The translations under genes and the position numbers were made by a program. Shown piece by piece: positions 52,590 through 61,965 of a stretch of DNA of 64,000 bases. Source of the DNA: Candidatus Omnitrophota bacterium (GTDB lineage Bacteria; Omnitrophota; Gorgyraeia; VGKH01); the NCBI GenBank assembly GCA_022703055.1, contig JAKLEP010000001.1, forward strand, positions 154,850 to 218,849. Direction: 5' to 3'. Positions within the stretch are counted from its first letter, which is position 1. The number at the start of each line of letters is the position of its first letter. The notes beneath the pieces were generated by a model. It saw only the letters and a program-made list of their open reading frames with translations. It had not been told where the DNA came from and made no database searches.

Positions 52590-55337
52590 ATGTCCGAAGG
52601 ATTCCTGCTGCACGATAAATTTTCCAAAACCTGCCAGGCAAACGCCGATAAAATTGCATTTGTAGAAACTCAGGCCAGCCAAATCAAGAATTATACCTAT
52701 TACGAGATTTACAGGCAGGCGAAAAATATCGCCAGCTGGCTCATAGATAACGGAATAAAGAAACAGGATAGGGTAGCAATTATTTTAGATAATTGTCCGC
52801 AGTGGTCCATTGCCTATTTTGGGATTATTTTATCGGGAGCAACAGCTGTCCCTTTAGATGCTAAGTTATCGGATTTTGAGTTTCATAACCTGCTTATCGA
52901 CTGTGAAGCCAAAATTATATTCAGCTCGGCTAAATTCCTGAATTTCTTCGAGAAAGATCTTGTAAATTTAGCGAAAGTTAAAAAGGTAATTCTCGTAGAT
53001 AGAGCAGAAAATAAATCGCCTTACATTTCATTTAAGGAAGCGTCTTTAACGTTTTATCCTGCAAGCCTTTTCCCATCCGTCTCTGCCGAAGATACAGCCT
53101 CGATAATATATACCTCTGGCACCGTCGGAAAACCCAAGGGCGTAATGCTCTCGCATAAGAATTTCTCAGCCAATTTCTTAAGTTTTGAAAAATTGAATAT
53201 TTGTAGCCAAAAAGATTGTTTCATTTCTATTTTGCCGCTGCATCATTCTTTTGCTTTTAGCGCAACGCTTATCTTCCCCGTATTCCTAGGCGCCAAGATT
53301 GTGTATCCATATACTTTAAAAAGCGAAGAGTTCTTAAAGACTATACGCGAAAATGCAGTCACGATGTTTATCGGGGTGCCTGAAATTTTTAATATGTTAC
53401 ATAAAGCTATTTTTGACAAGATCAAACAACAGTCTTCTGTAAAAAGAATATTATTTGTATTATTAATAAATTTTTCTTTTGTATTTAGGCGTTTTACAAA
53501 AATCAACCTAGCTAAAATTTTCTTTGGCACGATTCATAGAAGTTTCGGCGGTCAAATTCGATATTTAGTAAGCGGTGGCGCCAAGCTCGATACCGAGATA
53601 GCCCAAGATTTCTTGAGGCTAGGTTTTACAATTTTAGAAGGATATGGTCTGACTGAAACATCGCCGGTAGTAAGCCTAAACCTCGCTGCCTTAAACAAAC
53701 TAGGTTCCGTCGGAAGGCCTGTATACGGCGTAAGGGTAAAAATAGGCAGCGATAATGAAATTCTAATCCAGGGCGACAATGTTATGAAAGGTTATTACAA
53801 TAATCCCGAAGAGACAAGCCAGGTGATAAAAGACAGCTGGTTTTATTCCGGTGATGCCGGGCGCATCGATAAAGACGGATATATTTATATCACCGGAAGG
53901 TTAAAAGAGATAATCGTCTTGAGTTCGGGAAAAAATATCTATCCCGAAGAGATAGAAAGTTATTTTAAAAAAAGCGAATTTATAAAAGAGATATGCCTGC
54001 TTTCTGTAAAAAATACAGAAGGAAATGAAATCCTGGCTGCAGTTGTAGTACCTGATTTTGAGCAGTTTAAGAAAGTCGGCGATGCCAACGTAAACAGGAA
54101 AATCAAATGGGAATTGGAGAATCTCTCGGTAAAATTGCCGTCCTATAAACGCATAACAGATTTCTTTATTACCAAAGATGAACTTCCCAAGACGCGTTTA
54201 GGAAAAATTAAACGTTACGAAGTTGAAGCTCTGTACAGGGATAAATTCACGGGAAAGAGATGGTTGGTAGAGGATGCTTATAGCCCCAGCCTAGAAGATA
54301 TCAGTATCTTGAATTCGGAGATTGGTAAGAAAGTCATGAATTTTCTTTCTAAGAAAACTTCTTCCAAGAAGGACATTAAGCTCGATGACCACTTAGAATT
54401 GGATCTGGGATTTGATTCCTTGGCTAGGGTGGAATTAGCCATGGGGTTACAGAATATTTTTAAAATAATCATTCCAGATTCTCTAGTAACCGAGATTTTT
54501 ACTGTTAGAGAGTTAATTCTAAAATTAAACGATTTCCTCTTTTCTAGCGATTCCTCGTCAAAGGTTGGGCAAGCCGTGCGTTCCTGGAAAGACCTGTTGG
54601 ATTTGCCCCCGCCCAAAGAGCTTATTGAAAAAATTAATTTTTCTCCCGGAGGATTTAACAAATTGCTTAGTTTTGTCATCCCAAAAATATTATTCGCGAT
54701 GTTTAAATTATTCTTCTTTTTGAAAATTGAAGGAAGACAAAACCTGCCAACAAAAGGCAGATATGTTTTGTGCGCTAATCATTCCAGCTATCTCGACGGT
54801 TTTATCGTGGGATCGTCTGTCCCATTTAAGACTTTAATCAAATTATATTTCTTGGGCGATAAGAATATATTCGAACACCGCATGATAAGGTGGGCATTGA
54901 CAATAGCAAGGCTTGTTCCGATAGATCCGACCAAAGAATTGATGAATACTCTGCAGGTCTCAAGTTATATCTTGCGGCATGACAAGATGCTTTGTATTTT
55001 TCCTGAGGGGCTTCGTTCTTTTGAAGGGAAGCCCGGGGAGTTTAAGAAGGGTATCGGCATTTTGGCTAAAGAATTCAGCATCGATAACCGGGAAGGCGCG
55101 ATAAAAATCATTCCGGTTGCGATTTTAGGGACATACCAAGCCTGGCCGAGGACCAGGCGTATCCCTCGTCCGCATCCGGTTAAAATCGTATTTGGTGAGC
55201 CGATAACTTCTGAGAATCTTCTGTCAAAAGGCAAAGGATATGGTATAGTTGATGATTACGAGGCCATCTCATTTGCGATCAAAAAAGAAGTAGAGGAATT
55301 GTTTTATAAAAGTTACGATGGATACAAACAAGCCTGA
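52590..55337 (+). CDS. Tri-domain: acyl-CoA/acyl-ACP synthetase (AMP-binding) + carrier domain + PlsC-type acyltransferase
   Basis: YTSGTVGKPKGV and GYGLTE AMP-binding motifs. LGFDSL phosphopantetheine site. NHSSYLDG (HX4D) and FPEG acyltransferase motifs. Confidence 0.82.
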   Translation: MSEGFLLHDKFSKTCQANADKIAFVETQASQIKNYTYYEIYRQAKNIASWLIDNGIKKQDRVAIILDNCPQWSIAYFGIILSGATAVPLDAKLSDFEFHNLLIDCEAKIIFSSAKFLNFFEKDLVNLAKVKKVILVDRAENKSPYISFKEASLTFYPASLFPSVSAEDTASIIYTSGTVGKPKGVMLSHKNFSANFLSFEKLNICSQKDCFISILPLHHSFAFSATLIFPVFLGAKIVYPYTLKSEEFLKTIRENAVTMFIGVPEIFNMLHKAIFDKIKQQSSVKRILFVLLINFSFVFRRFTKINLAKIFFGTIHRSFGGQIRYLVSGGAKLDTEIAQDFLRLGFTILEGYGLTETSPVVSLNLAALNKLGSVGRPVYGVRVKIGSDNEILIQGDNVMKGYYNNPEETSQVIKDSWFYSGDAGRIDKDGYIYITGRLKEIIVLSSGKNIYPEEIESYFKKSEFIKEICLLSVKNTEGNEILAAVVVPDFEQFKKVGDANVNRKIKWELENLSVKLPSYKRITDFFITKDELPKTRLGKIKRYEVEALYRDKFTGKRWLVEDAYSPSLEDISILNSEIGKKVMNFLSKKTSSKKDIKLDDHLELDLGFDSLARVELAMGLQNIFKIIIPDSLVTEIFTVRELILKLNDFLFSSDSSSKVGQAVRSWKDLLDLPPPKELIEKINFSPGGFNKLLSFVIPKILFAMFKLFFFLKIEGRQNLPTKGRYVLCANHSSYLDGFIVGSSVPFKTLIKLYFLGDKNIFEHRMIRWALTIARLVPIDPTKELMNTLQVSSYILRHDKMLCIFPEGLRSFEGKPGEFKKGIGILAKEFSIDNREGAIKIIPVAILGTYQAWPRTRRIPRPHPVKIVFGEPITSENLLSKGKGYGIVDDYEAISFAIKKEVEELFYKSYDGYKQA

Positions 55338-56061
55338 AAGCAAAAATAACAAATTAATGTATTTTATCTCCAAAAAAGTCGGCAAAGCAGCCGGAGATTA
55401 TAAGATGATTGCCGACAAAGACAGAATTGTCGTCGGTGTATCCGGAGGAGTGGATAGCATTACGCTTCTTAAAATGCTTAAATACCGACAGACATTCGCG
55501 CCTGTAAAATTTGATATCTTGGCAGTGCACATTGATTTTGGATACTCGCGTACGCTTGCCAAGAGGCTAAGAGAATTTTTCAAAAAAGAGAAAATCGATT
55601 ATCGTATCGTAAAGGTAGATATATTTAAAAAGGCTAAAAGCAAAGACGAAATCAATTGTTTTTGGTGTTCCTGGAATAGGCGCAAGGCCCTTTTTGAGAC
55701 GGCAGCAAAATTCGGTTTTAAAAAAGTCGCATTAGGACATCATATGGACGATATTATTCAAACGGTTTTACTTAATATGTTTTACAAAGGCGAAATCAGT
55801 ACCATGAAACCAAAACAGGAATTGTTTAAGGGCAAGATAACGATTATCCGGCCGCTAGCTTACATTGAGAAGAAGGAGATAGCACGTTTTGCGCGAAAAG
55901 AAAATGATTTTACTTACGAAAAATGCAGCTGTCCCAATGCCGGCGATACCAAGCGGGCGCAAGTTGAAAAAGTAATAAGGGAGCTGGCGCAAAATAATCT
56001 TCAGATTAAAAAGAATATCTTTCGCAGCGTCCAGCGAATAAAAAAGGATTATCTCCTGTAA
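55318..56061 (+). CDS. ttcA: tRNA 2-thiocytidine synthase TtcA-like PP-loop ATPase
   Basis: PP-loop SGGVDS, CFWCS and CSCPN cysteine motifs. The start is uncertain (an alternative M lies at 55354). Confidence 0.78.
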   Translation: MDTNKPESKNNKLMYFISKKVGKAAGDYKMIADKDRIVVGVSGGVDSITLLKMLKYRQTFAPVKFDILAVHIDFGYSRTLAKRLREFFKKEKIDYRIVKVDIFKKAKSKDEINCFWCSWNRRKALFETAAKFGFKKVALGHHMDDIIQTVLLNMFYKGEISTMKPKQELFKGKITIIRPLAYIEKKEIARFARKENDFTYEKCSCPNAGDTKRAQVEKVIRELAQNNLQIKKNIFRSVQRIKKDYLL

Positions 56062-56062
56062 A

Positions 56063-57253
56063 ATGTTAAAGACAAAAGACAATTACATTGTAGACGAAGC
56101 AGGTAAAAAGATTGTGCTTCGCGGTTTTAATTTAGGCGGATGGCTGATGATGGAGGGCTATATTCTTTTTGCTCCTAACATCGCCGAGAGAATCTTCAAA
56201 GATAAATTCAGGCAGGCACAAGGCGCTTCTGCGCTGGAAGAATTTGAGACTAGTTTCCGGGACAATTTTATTCAGGAATCGGATTTTAAAAATATTGCTT
56301 CCTTGGGATTTAATTGCGTCAGGCTTCCTTTTAATCATAAACTAATCGAGAAAGAACCTTTTTCTTATTCCCAAGAAGGGTTATCCTATTTGCAAAAAGC
56401 TGTGGCTTGGGCGAAAAAATACGGAATTTGGGTGATTTTGGATTTGCATGCCGCGCCAGGCAGCCAAAATACCGACTGGCATTCTGATAGCACGGGGGAG
56501 TCTGGGCTTTGGAATAGTCCGTCTAATATTGAAAGGACTATAAAGCTTTGGTCTTTTCTCGCCGAGGTATTTAAGGATGAAGAGGCGGTGGCTGGATACG
56601 ATCTTTTGAATGAGCCAATCGTATCGGCAGGCGCATTGAATAGATTCTATGCAGAGTTAGTGCAAGAAATCAGAAAAACAGATAAAAATCATATTCTTTT
56701 CCTTGAGCCGGTCAATTGGGCGCAGGACTTGGATACACTTAAAAAGCCAAAATACGAAAATCTGGCTTTCAGCATCCATTTTTATCAGCCTTTAGAGTTT
56801 TGTTTTAATACCGAGCCTACTCCGGTTTATCCGTTTGGGGATTATCTTTACAAGAAAGGCATGCAAGATAACATTAAGCACCTAAAAGATTGTTTCAAGA
56901 TATCCCAGGGATTAAAGGTTCCGATTCTAGTGGGTGAATTCGGGGTGAATGACCGCTTAAATCAACACGGTGAGAAGGATTATATCCGCGATTTAGTAAA
57001 ACTTTTCGCAGGGCTTGATTTTAGCTGGACCTACTGGACATACAAGGCGGTAAAAAATACAGCTTTCCCCGACGGATTTTACCATTATGTTGAGGATCCG
57101 GCCTGGGTCAACAGGCAAGGTCCAATCCGCGGCTGGGACAATTACAGCTCTCTTTGGCAGGCGCATAAAGATGAGATAATTGATTTCTGGAAGACAGCTT
57201 CTTATGGAATAGACAGTCAGCTTTTAGCTTCTTTAAGAGAGCAAAAATTATAA
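56063..57253 (+). CDS. Glycoside hydrolase family 5
   Basis: Acid/base LLNEP and nucleophile VGEFG motifs. FNCVRLPF near the N-terminus. Confidence 0.8.
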   Translation: MLKTKDNYIVDEAGKKIVLRGFNLGGWLMMEGYILFAPNIAERIFKDKFRQAQGASALEEFETSFRDNFIQESDFKNIASLGFNCVRLPFNHKLIEKEPFSYSQEGLSYLQKAVAWAKKYGIWVILDLHAAPGSQNTDWHSDSTGESGLWNSPSNIERTIKLWSFLAEVFKDEEAVAGYDLLNEPIVSAGALNRFYAELVQEIRKTDKNHILFLEPVNWAQDLDTLKKPKYENLAFSIHFYQPLEFCFNTEPTPVYPFGDYLYKKGMQDNIKHLKDCFKISQGLKVPILVGEFGVNDRLNQHGEKDYIRDLVKLFAGLDFSWTYWTYKAVKNTAFPDGFYHYVEDPAWVNRQGPIRGWDNYSSLWQAHKDEIIDFWKTASYGIDSQLLASLREQKL

Positions 57254-57271
57254 TAAGAGATAATATATTTG

Positions 57272-57280
57272 TGCTATAAT
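57272..57280 (+). promoter_or_regulatory. Candidate extended -10 promoter element
   Basis: TGcTATAAT (TG 57272-57273, TATAAT 57275-57280), 36 nt upstream of the PilZ gene. No good -35. Confidence 0.4.
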
Positions 57281-57315
57281 CCTTCTGTTGATTTTAGCCC
57301 ATTTTAAGGAGTAAT

Positions 57316-57735
57316 ATGCCGACCTTTGAGTACAGAAAACTTTTCCGCGCCAACATCATCTTAAGAGTCGATTACCACTCTTTAAGCGATCCCGAAATAA
57401 CCGGGACGGCTTTTTCCAAGAATATAAGCCCTACGGGACTCAATATCGTCATGCCCGATAAATTAAAAGAAGGTTCTGAGTTGGAACTGAAGATTCATAT
57501 TGTTGAAGGCAAGGAACCAATATATGCCAAAGGGAAAATCATCTGGATACAGGAATGCCCGCCAGTTTTTAAGACCGAGAAAAAATATTATTCTTGTGGT
57601 ATCCAATGCAATTATATGTCGTCCGAAGATGCCATCAGCACCTCGGATTTTGTGCGCGATATCGTCAAAGAACAAAGCGAAAGCCAAATCAAGGAAATCA
57701 TTTCCCGGATAGAGAAGATAAAAGGAGCAAAATAG
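57316..57735 (+). CDS. PilZ domain protein
   Basis: RxxxR (RKLFR) near the N-terminus and N.S.TG (NISPTG) c-di-GMP-binding motifs. SD AAGGAG. Confidence 0.78.
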   Translation: MPTFEYRKLFRANIILRVDYHSLSDPEITGTAFSKNISPTGLNIVMPDKLKEGSELELKIHIVEGKEPIYAKGKIIWIQECPPVFKTEKKYYSCGIQCNYMSSEDAISTSDFVRDIVKEQSESQIKEIISRIEKIKGAK

Positions 57736-58727
57736 TGATATTAGCAATTTTAGGCGGAATAATTGTAGCGATAGTGATAATCATAGGATTTGTCTGGAAG
57801 ATGTCCTCCGAGATGAACCACCAAATGAATAACCAGATGAATGCCTTAAGGGGCGAGCTTAATCAGCGCCTTCAGGATACCTCTGATGCGCTTCGCCAGA
57901 CCGATAAAACCGTCGGGGAGCAGCTATTAAGAACCACCGGAGTGATGGGCGATGTGAAGAAAAGCCTGGGCGTTGTTGAGGAATCTTATCGACAGATTAA
58001 TGAGAAGATGCGCGAGATTTCAAGCCTGCAGGATATGCTTCGCCCACCTCAGATGCGCGGAGGAATCGGAGAGACGCTTCTTGAGAATATAATTACTCAG
58101 GTTTTTGGCGAACATAAAGAATTTTATTCTTTCCAACACCAGTTTAAAAATGGCCAGAAGGTAGATGCGGTTATCCATCTAGGTAAAAACATTGTTTCTA
58201 TTGATGCCAAGTTTCCGCTGGAAAGTTTTCAGCGCTTAATCGATTCAAAAACTGACCAAGATAGAAAAACTAATACACGCGATTTTACAATAAGCGTAAA
58301 AAACAAAGTTGATGATATCGCTTCCAAATATATCCTCCCCGACGAAGGGACATCGGATTTTGCGCTGATGTATATCCCGACTGAATCGATTTATTACGAG
58401 ATCATTAAAAACGAAACTATCTGGTCTTACGCGGTATCCAAGAAAGTCATTCCTGTCTCGCCCAATACCTTCTATCCATATCTATATGTTATTTGGAGAG
58501 GGATGGAGGGGCAGATTATACGAGACAATATTAATGATGTGTTAATTAATTTAGCCAGATTGAAAGATGATTTAGTGCGTTTCCGGGATGATTTCAGGGT
58601 TTTAGGTAGCCACATTAAAAATGCGCGCGATAAATTTGAGGATTCTGATAGGCGCCTGGAGCGTTTCAGCGACAGGTTAAGCAGCGTGCAGAAATTAAAA
58701 ATCAGCGATAAGGAAAGCGATAACTAA
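57735..58727 (+). CDS. rmuC: DNA recombination protein RmuC
   Basis: GTG at 57735 preceded by AAGGAG, overlapping the PilZ stop (TAGTG). N-terminal TM helix, a coiled coil, and the VDAVI....V.IDAKFPLE nuclease-fold motif. Confidence 0.8.
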   Translation: MILAILGGIIVAIVIIIGFVWKMSSEMNHQMNNQMNALRGELNQRLQDTSDALRQTDKTVGEQLLRTTGVMGDVKKSLGVVEESYRQINEKMREISSLQDMLRPPQMRGGIGETLLENIITQVFGEHKEFYSFQHQFKNGQKVDAVIHLGKNIVSIDAKFPLESFQRLIDSKTDQDRKTNTRDFTISVKNKVDDIASKYILPDEGTSDFALMYIPTESIYYEIIKNETIWSYAVSKKVIPVSPNTFYPYLYVIWRGMEGQIIRDNINDVLINLARLKDDLVRFRDDFRVLGSHIKNARDKFEDSDRRLERFSDRLSSVQKLKISDKESDN

Positions 58728-59023
58728 TGGATGATAAGAGGCACCGCGCAGGAATTGCTGCGGTCCTGTCATTTGTTTTTAACGGTCTTGGGCAGCTTTA
58801 CGTGGGCAAGATTAAACAGGGTTTGGTTATCATGGCCGTGTCTGCCTACAGCATGATTTTGATTATTGTGGGAGCAGTATTTTCCGGGCATTGGATAATT
58901 TCTCGCATCTTTTCCATCTGGGAATTGATAATCGGTTTGGCTTTATTTGTCATCGGTATAATTATCGCCTGCGTCGTCGGGATATACAGTATAAACGACG
59001 CCTACAAAGAAGCTTTAAAGTAA
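58727..59023 (+). CDS. Small 3-TM membrane protein
   Basis: TAATG overlap with rmuC. LSFVFNGLGQLYVGK motif. Confidence 0.5.
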   Translation: MDDKRHRAGIAAVLSFVFNGLGQLYVGKIKQGLVIMAVSAYSMILIIVGAVFSGHWIISRIFSIWELIIGLALFVIGIIIACVVGIYSINDAYKEALK

Positions 59024-59045
59024 TTCCTTCCTAATTTTTTAAAAT

Positions 59046-59768
59046 ATGATTAAGCGAAAAGGCGCATATTTTTTTGGAAAATTGAATAGATTCCCTATCG
59101 TGGCAGCCTTCAGCGATAGAAAACTTGATTTAAGCTTTGATGCAAACCCGCAAAACAGAAAAAAGTTCTTAAATAGATTAGGAATCGACTATCGAAACCT
59201 TGTTTGCGTAAAACAGCCGCATAAATCGAAAGTTGTAGTAGTTACTGGAAAACATAAAGGAAAAGGCGCTTTAGGTCGCCAAAATGCAATTGCCGGTTTT
59301 GACGGATTAATTACAAACAAACGCAATATTCCTTTGGCGGTTTTTACCGCTGATTGTTTATCAATATTCTTGTTTTGCCCTAAAACAAAAACTATCGGCC
59401 TGGTGCATGCCGGATGGCGGGGTACCAGAGAGAAAATTGTCAAAAAAGCGATTTCAATTTTTAGGCAAAACTTTAATTCTCAGCCAAAGGATATTATTGC
59501 AGCGTTTGGTCCTGCGATAAGAAACTGCTGTTATGAGGTCGGTCCGGAATTTGCGAAATATTTTAAGCAAGGTTTAATAAAAAGAGATAACGGGTTATTT
59601 TTAGATTTAATTGCCATAAATAAAAACCAACTTGTCTCTGCTGGGATTGAAAGGCAGAATATAGTCGATAGTAAAATCTGTACTTCTTGCCAAAACAAAA
59701 ACTTTTTCTCGTACCGCAAAGAAAAGAATAAAGCCGGCAGGATGATGTCGGTTTCGATGCTAAAATAA
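59046..59768 (+). CDS. pgeF: Laccase-domain protein YfiH/PgeF family
   Basis: TADCLSIFLF and HAGWRGT motifs with a C-terminal CT.C. Confidence 0.82.
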   Translation: MIKRKGAYFFGKLNRFPIVAAFSDRKLDLSFDANPQNRKKFLNRLGIDYRNLVCVKQPHKSKVVVVTGKHKGKGALGRQNAIAGFDGLITNKRNIPLAVFTADCLSIFLFCPKTKTIGLVHAGWRGTREKIVKKAISIFRQNFNSQPKDIIAAFGPAIRNCCYEVGPEFAKYFKQGLIKRDNGLFLDLIAINKNQLVSAGIERQNIVDSKICTSCQNKNFFSYRKEKNKAGRMMSVSMLK

Positions 59769-59779
59769 AGGAGGAAAAT

Positions 59780-60256
59780 ATGGCGCAAATTTTGGTGATT
59801 TATTATACGCAATCCGGTAATACAGAGAAGATGGCTCAGGCGATAGCTGAAGGCATCGAGAAGGAAGGAGTCCAATACCAACTGAAGAAAGTCCAGGATG
59901 CTAAGCCCGATGATTTATTAAAGGCCGACGGAATATTAATCGGTTCGCCCACATATTATGGCAGTATGGCCTTCCAGATTAAGGAGTTATTGGACCAATC
60001 AGTCAAGTTCCACAGTAAGCTAGATGGCAAAGCAGGAGGGGCATTTTCTTCCAGCGCCAATATCGGCGGAGGCAACGAAACAACAATTTTAGATATCTTG
60101 AACGCCATGCTCATTCATGGTATGATAATTCAAGGCGATCCTTCTGGAGATCATTACGGGCCGGTGGCTATCGGTAGCCCAGATGCAAGAGCCTCAAAGC
60201 AATGCGTCAGATTCGGCCAAAGATTCGCTAAATTGGTTAAAAAGACAAATCCTTAA
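59780..60256 (+). CDS. Flavodoxin-fold protein (WrbA/flavodoxin-like)
   Basis: ILVIYYTQSGNTEKMA FMN-phosphate loop and GSPTYYG. Confidence 0.78.
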   Translation: MAQILVIYYTQSGNTEKMAQAIAEGIEKEGVQYQLKKVQDAKPDDLLKADGILIGSPTYYGSMAFQIKELLDQSVKFHSKLDGKAGGAFSSSANIGGGNETTILDILNAMLIHGMIIQGDPSGDHYGPVAIGSPDARASKQCVRFGQRFAKLVKKTNP

Positions 60257-60265
60257 GGAGGAATT

Positions 60266-60502
60266 ATGGCTAATGTTAAAGTTTATTCTACGCCAACTTG
60301 TCCTTATTGCGTCAGGCTTAAAGCCTATCTGGATAGTAAGGGTGTGCAATACGAAAATTTTGATGTCTCAAGCGATGAGAATAAGTTGCAGGAGATGATT
60401 AGTATCTCCGGACAGATGGGAGTACCTGTTATTGAGATAGACAGTAAAGATGTAGTCATAGGATTCGACAAAGAACAGATTGATATCCTGTTGAAACTCT
60501 AA
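60266..60502 (+). CDS. Glutaredoxin-like protein (NrdH/YruB type)
   Basis: 78 aa with CPYC active site and a GVPV cis-Pro region. Confidence 0.8.
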   Translation: MANVKVYSTPTCPYCVRLKAYLDSKGVQYENFDVSSDENKLQEMISISGQMGVPVIEIDSKDVVIGFDKEQIDILLKL

Positions 60503-60814
60503 ATGTTTATAGTAGTCTTGATAACCTGCGCAAATAAAGCTCAGGCGCAAAAGATAGCGCAAGCCTTGATTAAGGCTAGGCTAGCTGCCTGCGTAAATTT
60601 AGTCAATCCTGTAAATTCATTATTCTGGTGGCAGGGTAAAGTCGATTCTTCCAAAGAAACCTTATTGATTATTAAGACTAAAAAAAATCTTTTTTCCAGG
60701 CTTGAGAAATTAGTAAAGTCTTTGCATAGTTATGATGTCGCGGAAATAATTGCCTTGCCCATCGTTAAAGGCAGTAGGAAATATCTATCTTGGATAAATG
60801 AATCTACAAGGTAA
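60503..60814 (+). CDS. cutA: Divalent-cation tolerance protein CutA
   Basis: RLAACVNL...S.F.W.GK..S..E.LLIIKT motif pattern. About 100 aa. Confidence 0.82.
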   Translation: MFIVVLITCANKAQAQKIAQALIKARLAACVNLVNPVNSLFWWQGKVDSSKETLLIIKTKKNLFSRLEKLVKSLHSYDVAEIIALPIVKGSRKYLSWINESTR

Positions 60815-61466
60815 TTTTCTGGATTATTTGCTGGTTTTTGGCGGAGGTGTTTTGATAAGTTTTTCTCCCTGCGTCTATCCGCTTTTGCCCGTCAGTATCG
60901 GATATATCGGTTCTAGAAGTCCAGATTCAAAGATCAAAGGGTTCATATTAAGCTTAGTTTATGTCAGCGGGATTGCGATTACTTACTCTGCGCTTGGATT
61001 AATCGCTGCTCTGACAGGAAAGCTCTTTGGCAGGATTGCCACGCATCCTGTATCGAATTTAGTCGTGGGGATAGTTTTTATTATATTCGGTTTTTCTTTG
61101 CTAGAACTGTTTAATTTAAAGCTGCCGCAGGTATCGGTCAAGAAATCGGGTAAGAAAGGCTTTATTGCAGTTTTTATTGTTGGATTGATTTCAGGCTTGG
61201 CAGTCGGCCCTTGTGTGGCCCCGGCGCTGGGTGCGATATTGGTGTATATCGCTTCCAAAGAAAATGTTTTGTATGGAGCCAGCCTTCTTTTTGTCTTTGC
61301 CTTCGGGATGGGGTTTCTTTTGATTTTAGCCGGGACTTTTAGCGGGTTTCTTCTGAGCCTGCCCAAACCGGGGAAATGGCTAACATTAATGGAGAAAATA
61401 GCGGGGATAATCTTAATTATTGCCGGAGTGTATTTTATTTTAAAAGCAGGAAGGATAATTCTATGA
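60798..61466 (+). CDS. ccdA: Cytochrome c biogenesis / thiol-disulfide transporter CcdA (DsbD TM domain)
   Basis: 6 TM helices with SPCVYPLLP and GPCVAP conserved Cys-Pro motifs. Confidence 0.85.
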   Translation: MNLQGNFLDYLLVFGGGVLISFSPCVYPLLPVSIGYIGSRSPDSKIKGFILSLVYVSGIAITYSALGLIAALTGKLFGRIATHPVSNLVVGIVFIIFGFSLLELFNLKLPQVSVKKSGKKGFIAVFIVGLISGLAVGPCVAPALGAILVYIASKENVLYGASLLFVFAFGMGFLLILAGTFSGFLLSLPKPGKWLTLMEKIAGIILIIAGVYFILKAGRIIL

Positions 61467-61963
61467 AAAAAATTTTTATGGTTGCTTTAGTTGTTTTTTT
61501 ATCGCTGATGGTGTTTAACGAATCCTTTGCCATGGGTAGGCAGATTAAAGAAAATGTGGTTTTGAATAGCCAGGCTCCGGATTTTACCCTTTACGATATG
61601 AAGGGAGAAAAAGTATCCCTATCGGATTTTAAGGATAAGAATAGCGTTTTGCTTTTCTTCTGGTTTATAAAATGTCCTTTCTGTCGACGGGAGATAGATA
61701 CCCTAAATAAAATTTATCCCCAGATGCAGAATGAAAACCTTAAAATCTTATCTATAGATATCGGGGATTCCTCGGAGACGATTAATAGGTATACCAAAGA
61801 GAAGAATATCGCATTCCCCATACTTCAAGATAAAGATACTACGGTTGCTTTAAGATATAATTTAGTAGGTGTGCCAACTTATGTCCTGATTGACAAGAAT
61901 GGCATCGTGAAGTTTATAACCAATGATTTTCCCGTAGATTACAAGGAACTTCTAGCCAAATAA
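61463..61963 (+). CDS. Secreted thioredoxin-fold thiol:disulfide oxidoreductase (TlpA/ResA-like)
   Basis: ATGA overlap with ccdA. Signal peptide. WFIKCPFCRRE CxxC motif. The listed ORF start at 61376 is an upstream extension. Confidence 0.8.
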   Translation: MKKIFMVALVVFLSLMVFNESFAMGRQIKENVVLNSQAPDFTLYDMKGEKVSLSDFKDKNSVLLFFWFIKCPFCRREIDTLNKIYPQMQNENLKILSIDIGDSSETINRYTKEKNIAFPILQDKDTTVALRYNLVGVPTYVLIDKNGIVKFITNDFPVDYKELLAK

Positions 61964-61965
61964 TT

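Noticed and set aside
57594-57734. N-terminal 47-codon extension of the listed rmuC ORF, overlapping the PilZ gene
   Set aside because: The extension (MWYPMQLYVVRRCHQ...) overlaps 141 nt of a well-supported PilZ CDS in another frame. GTG 57735 is preceded by AAGGAG and starts exactly at the RmuC TM helix.
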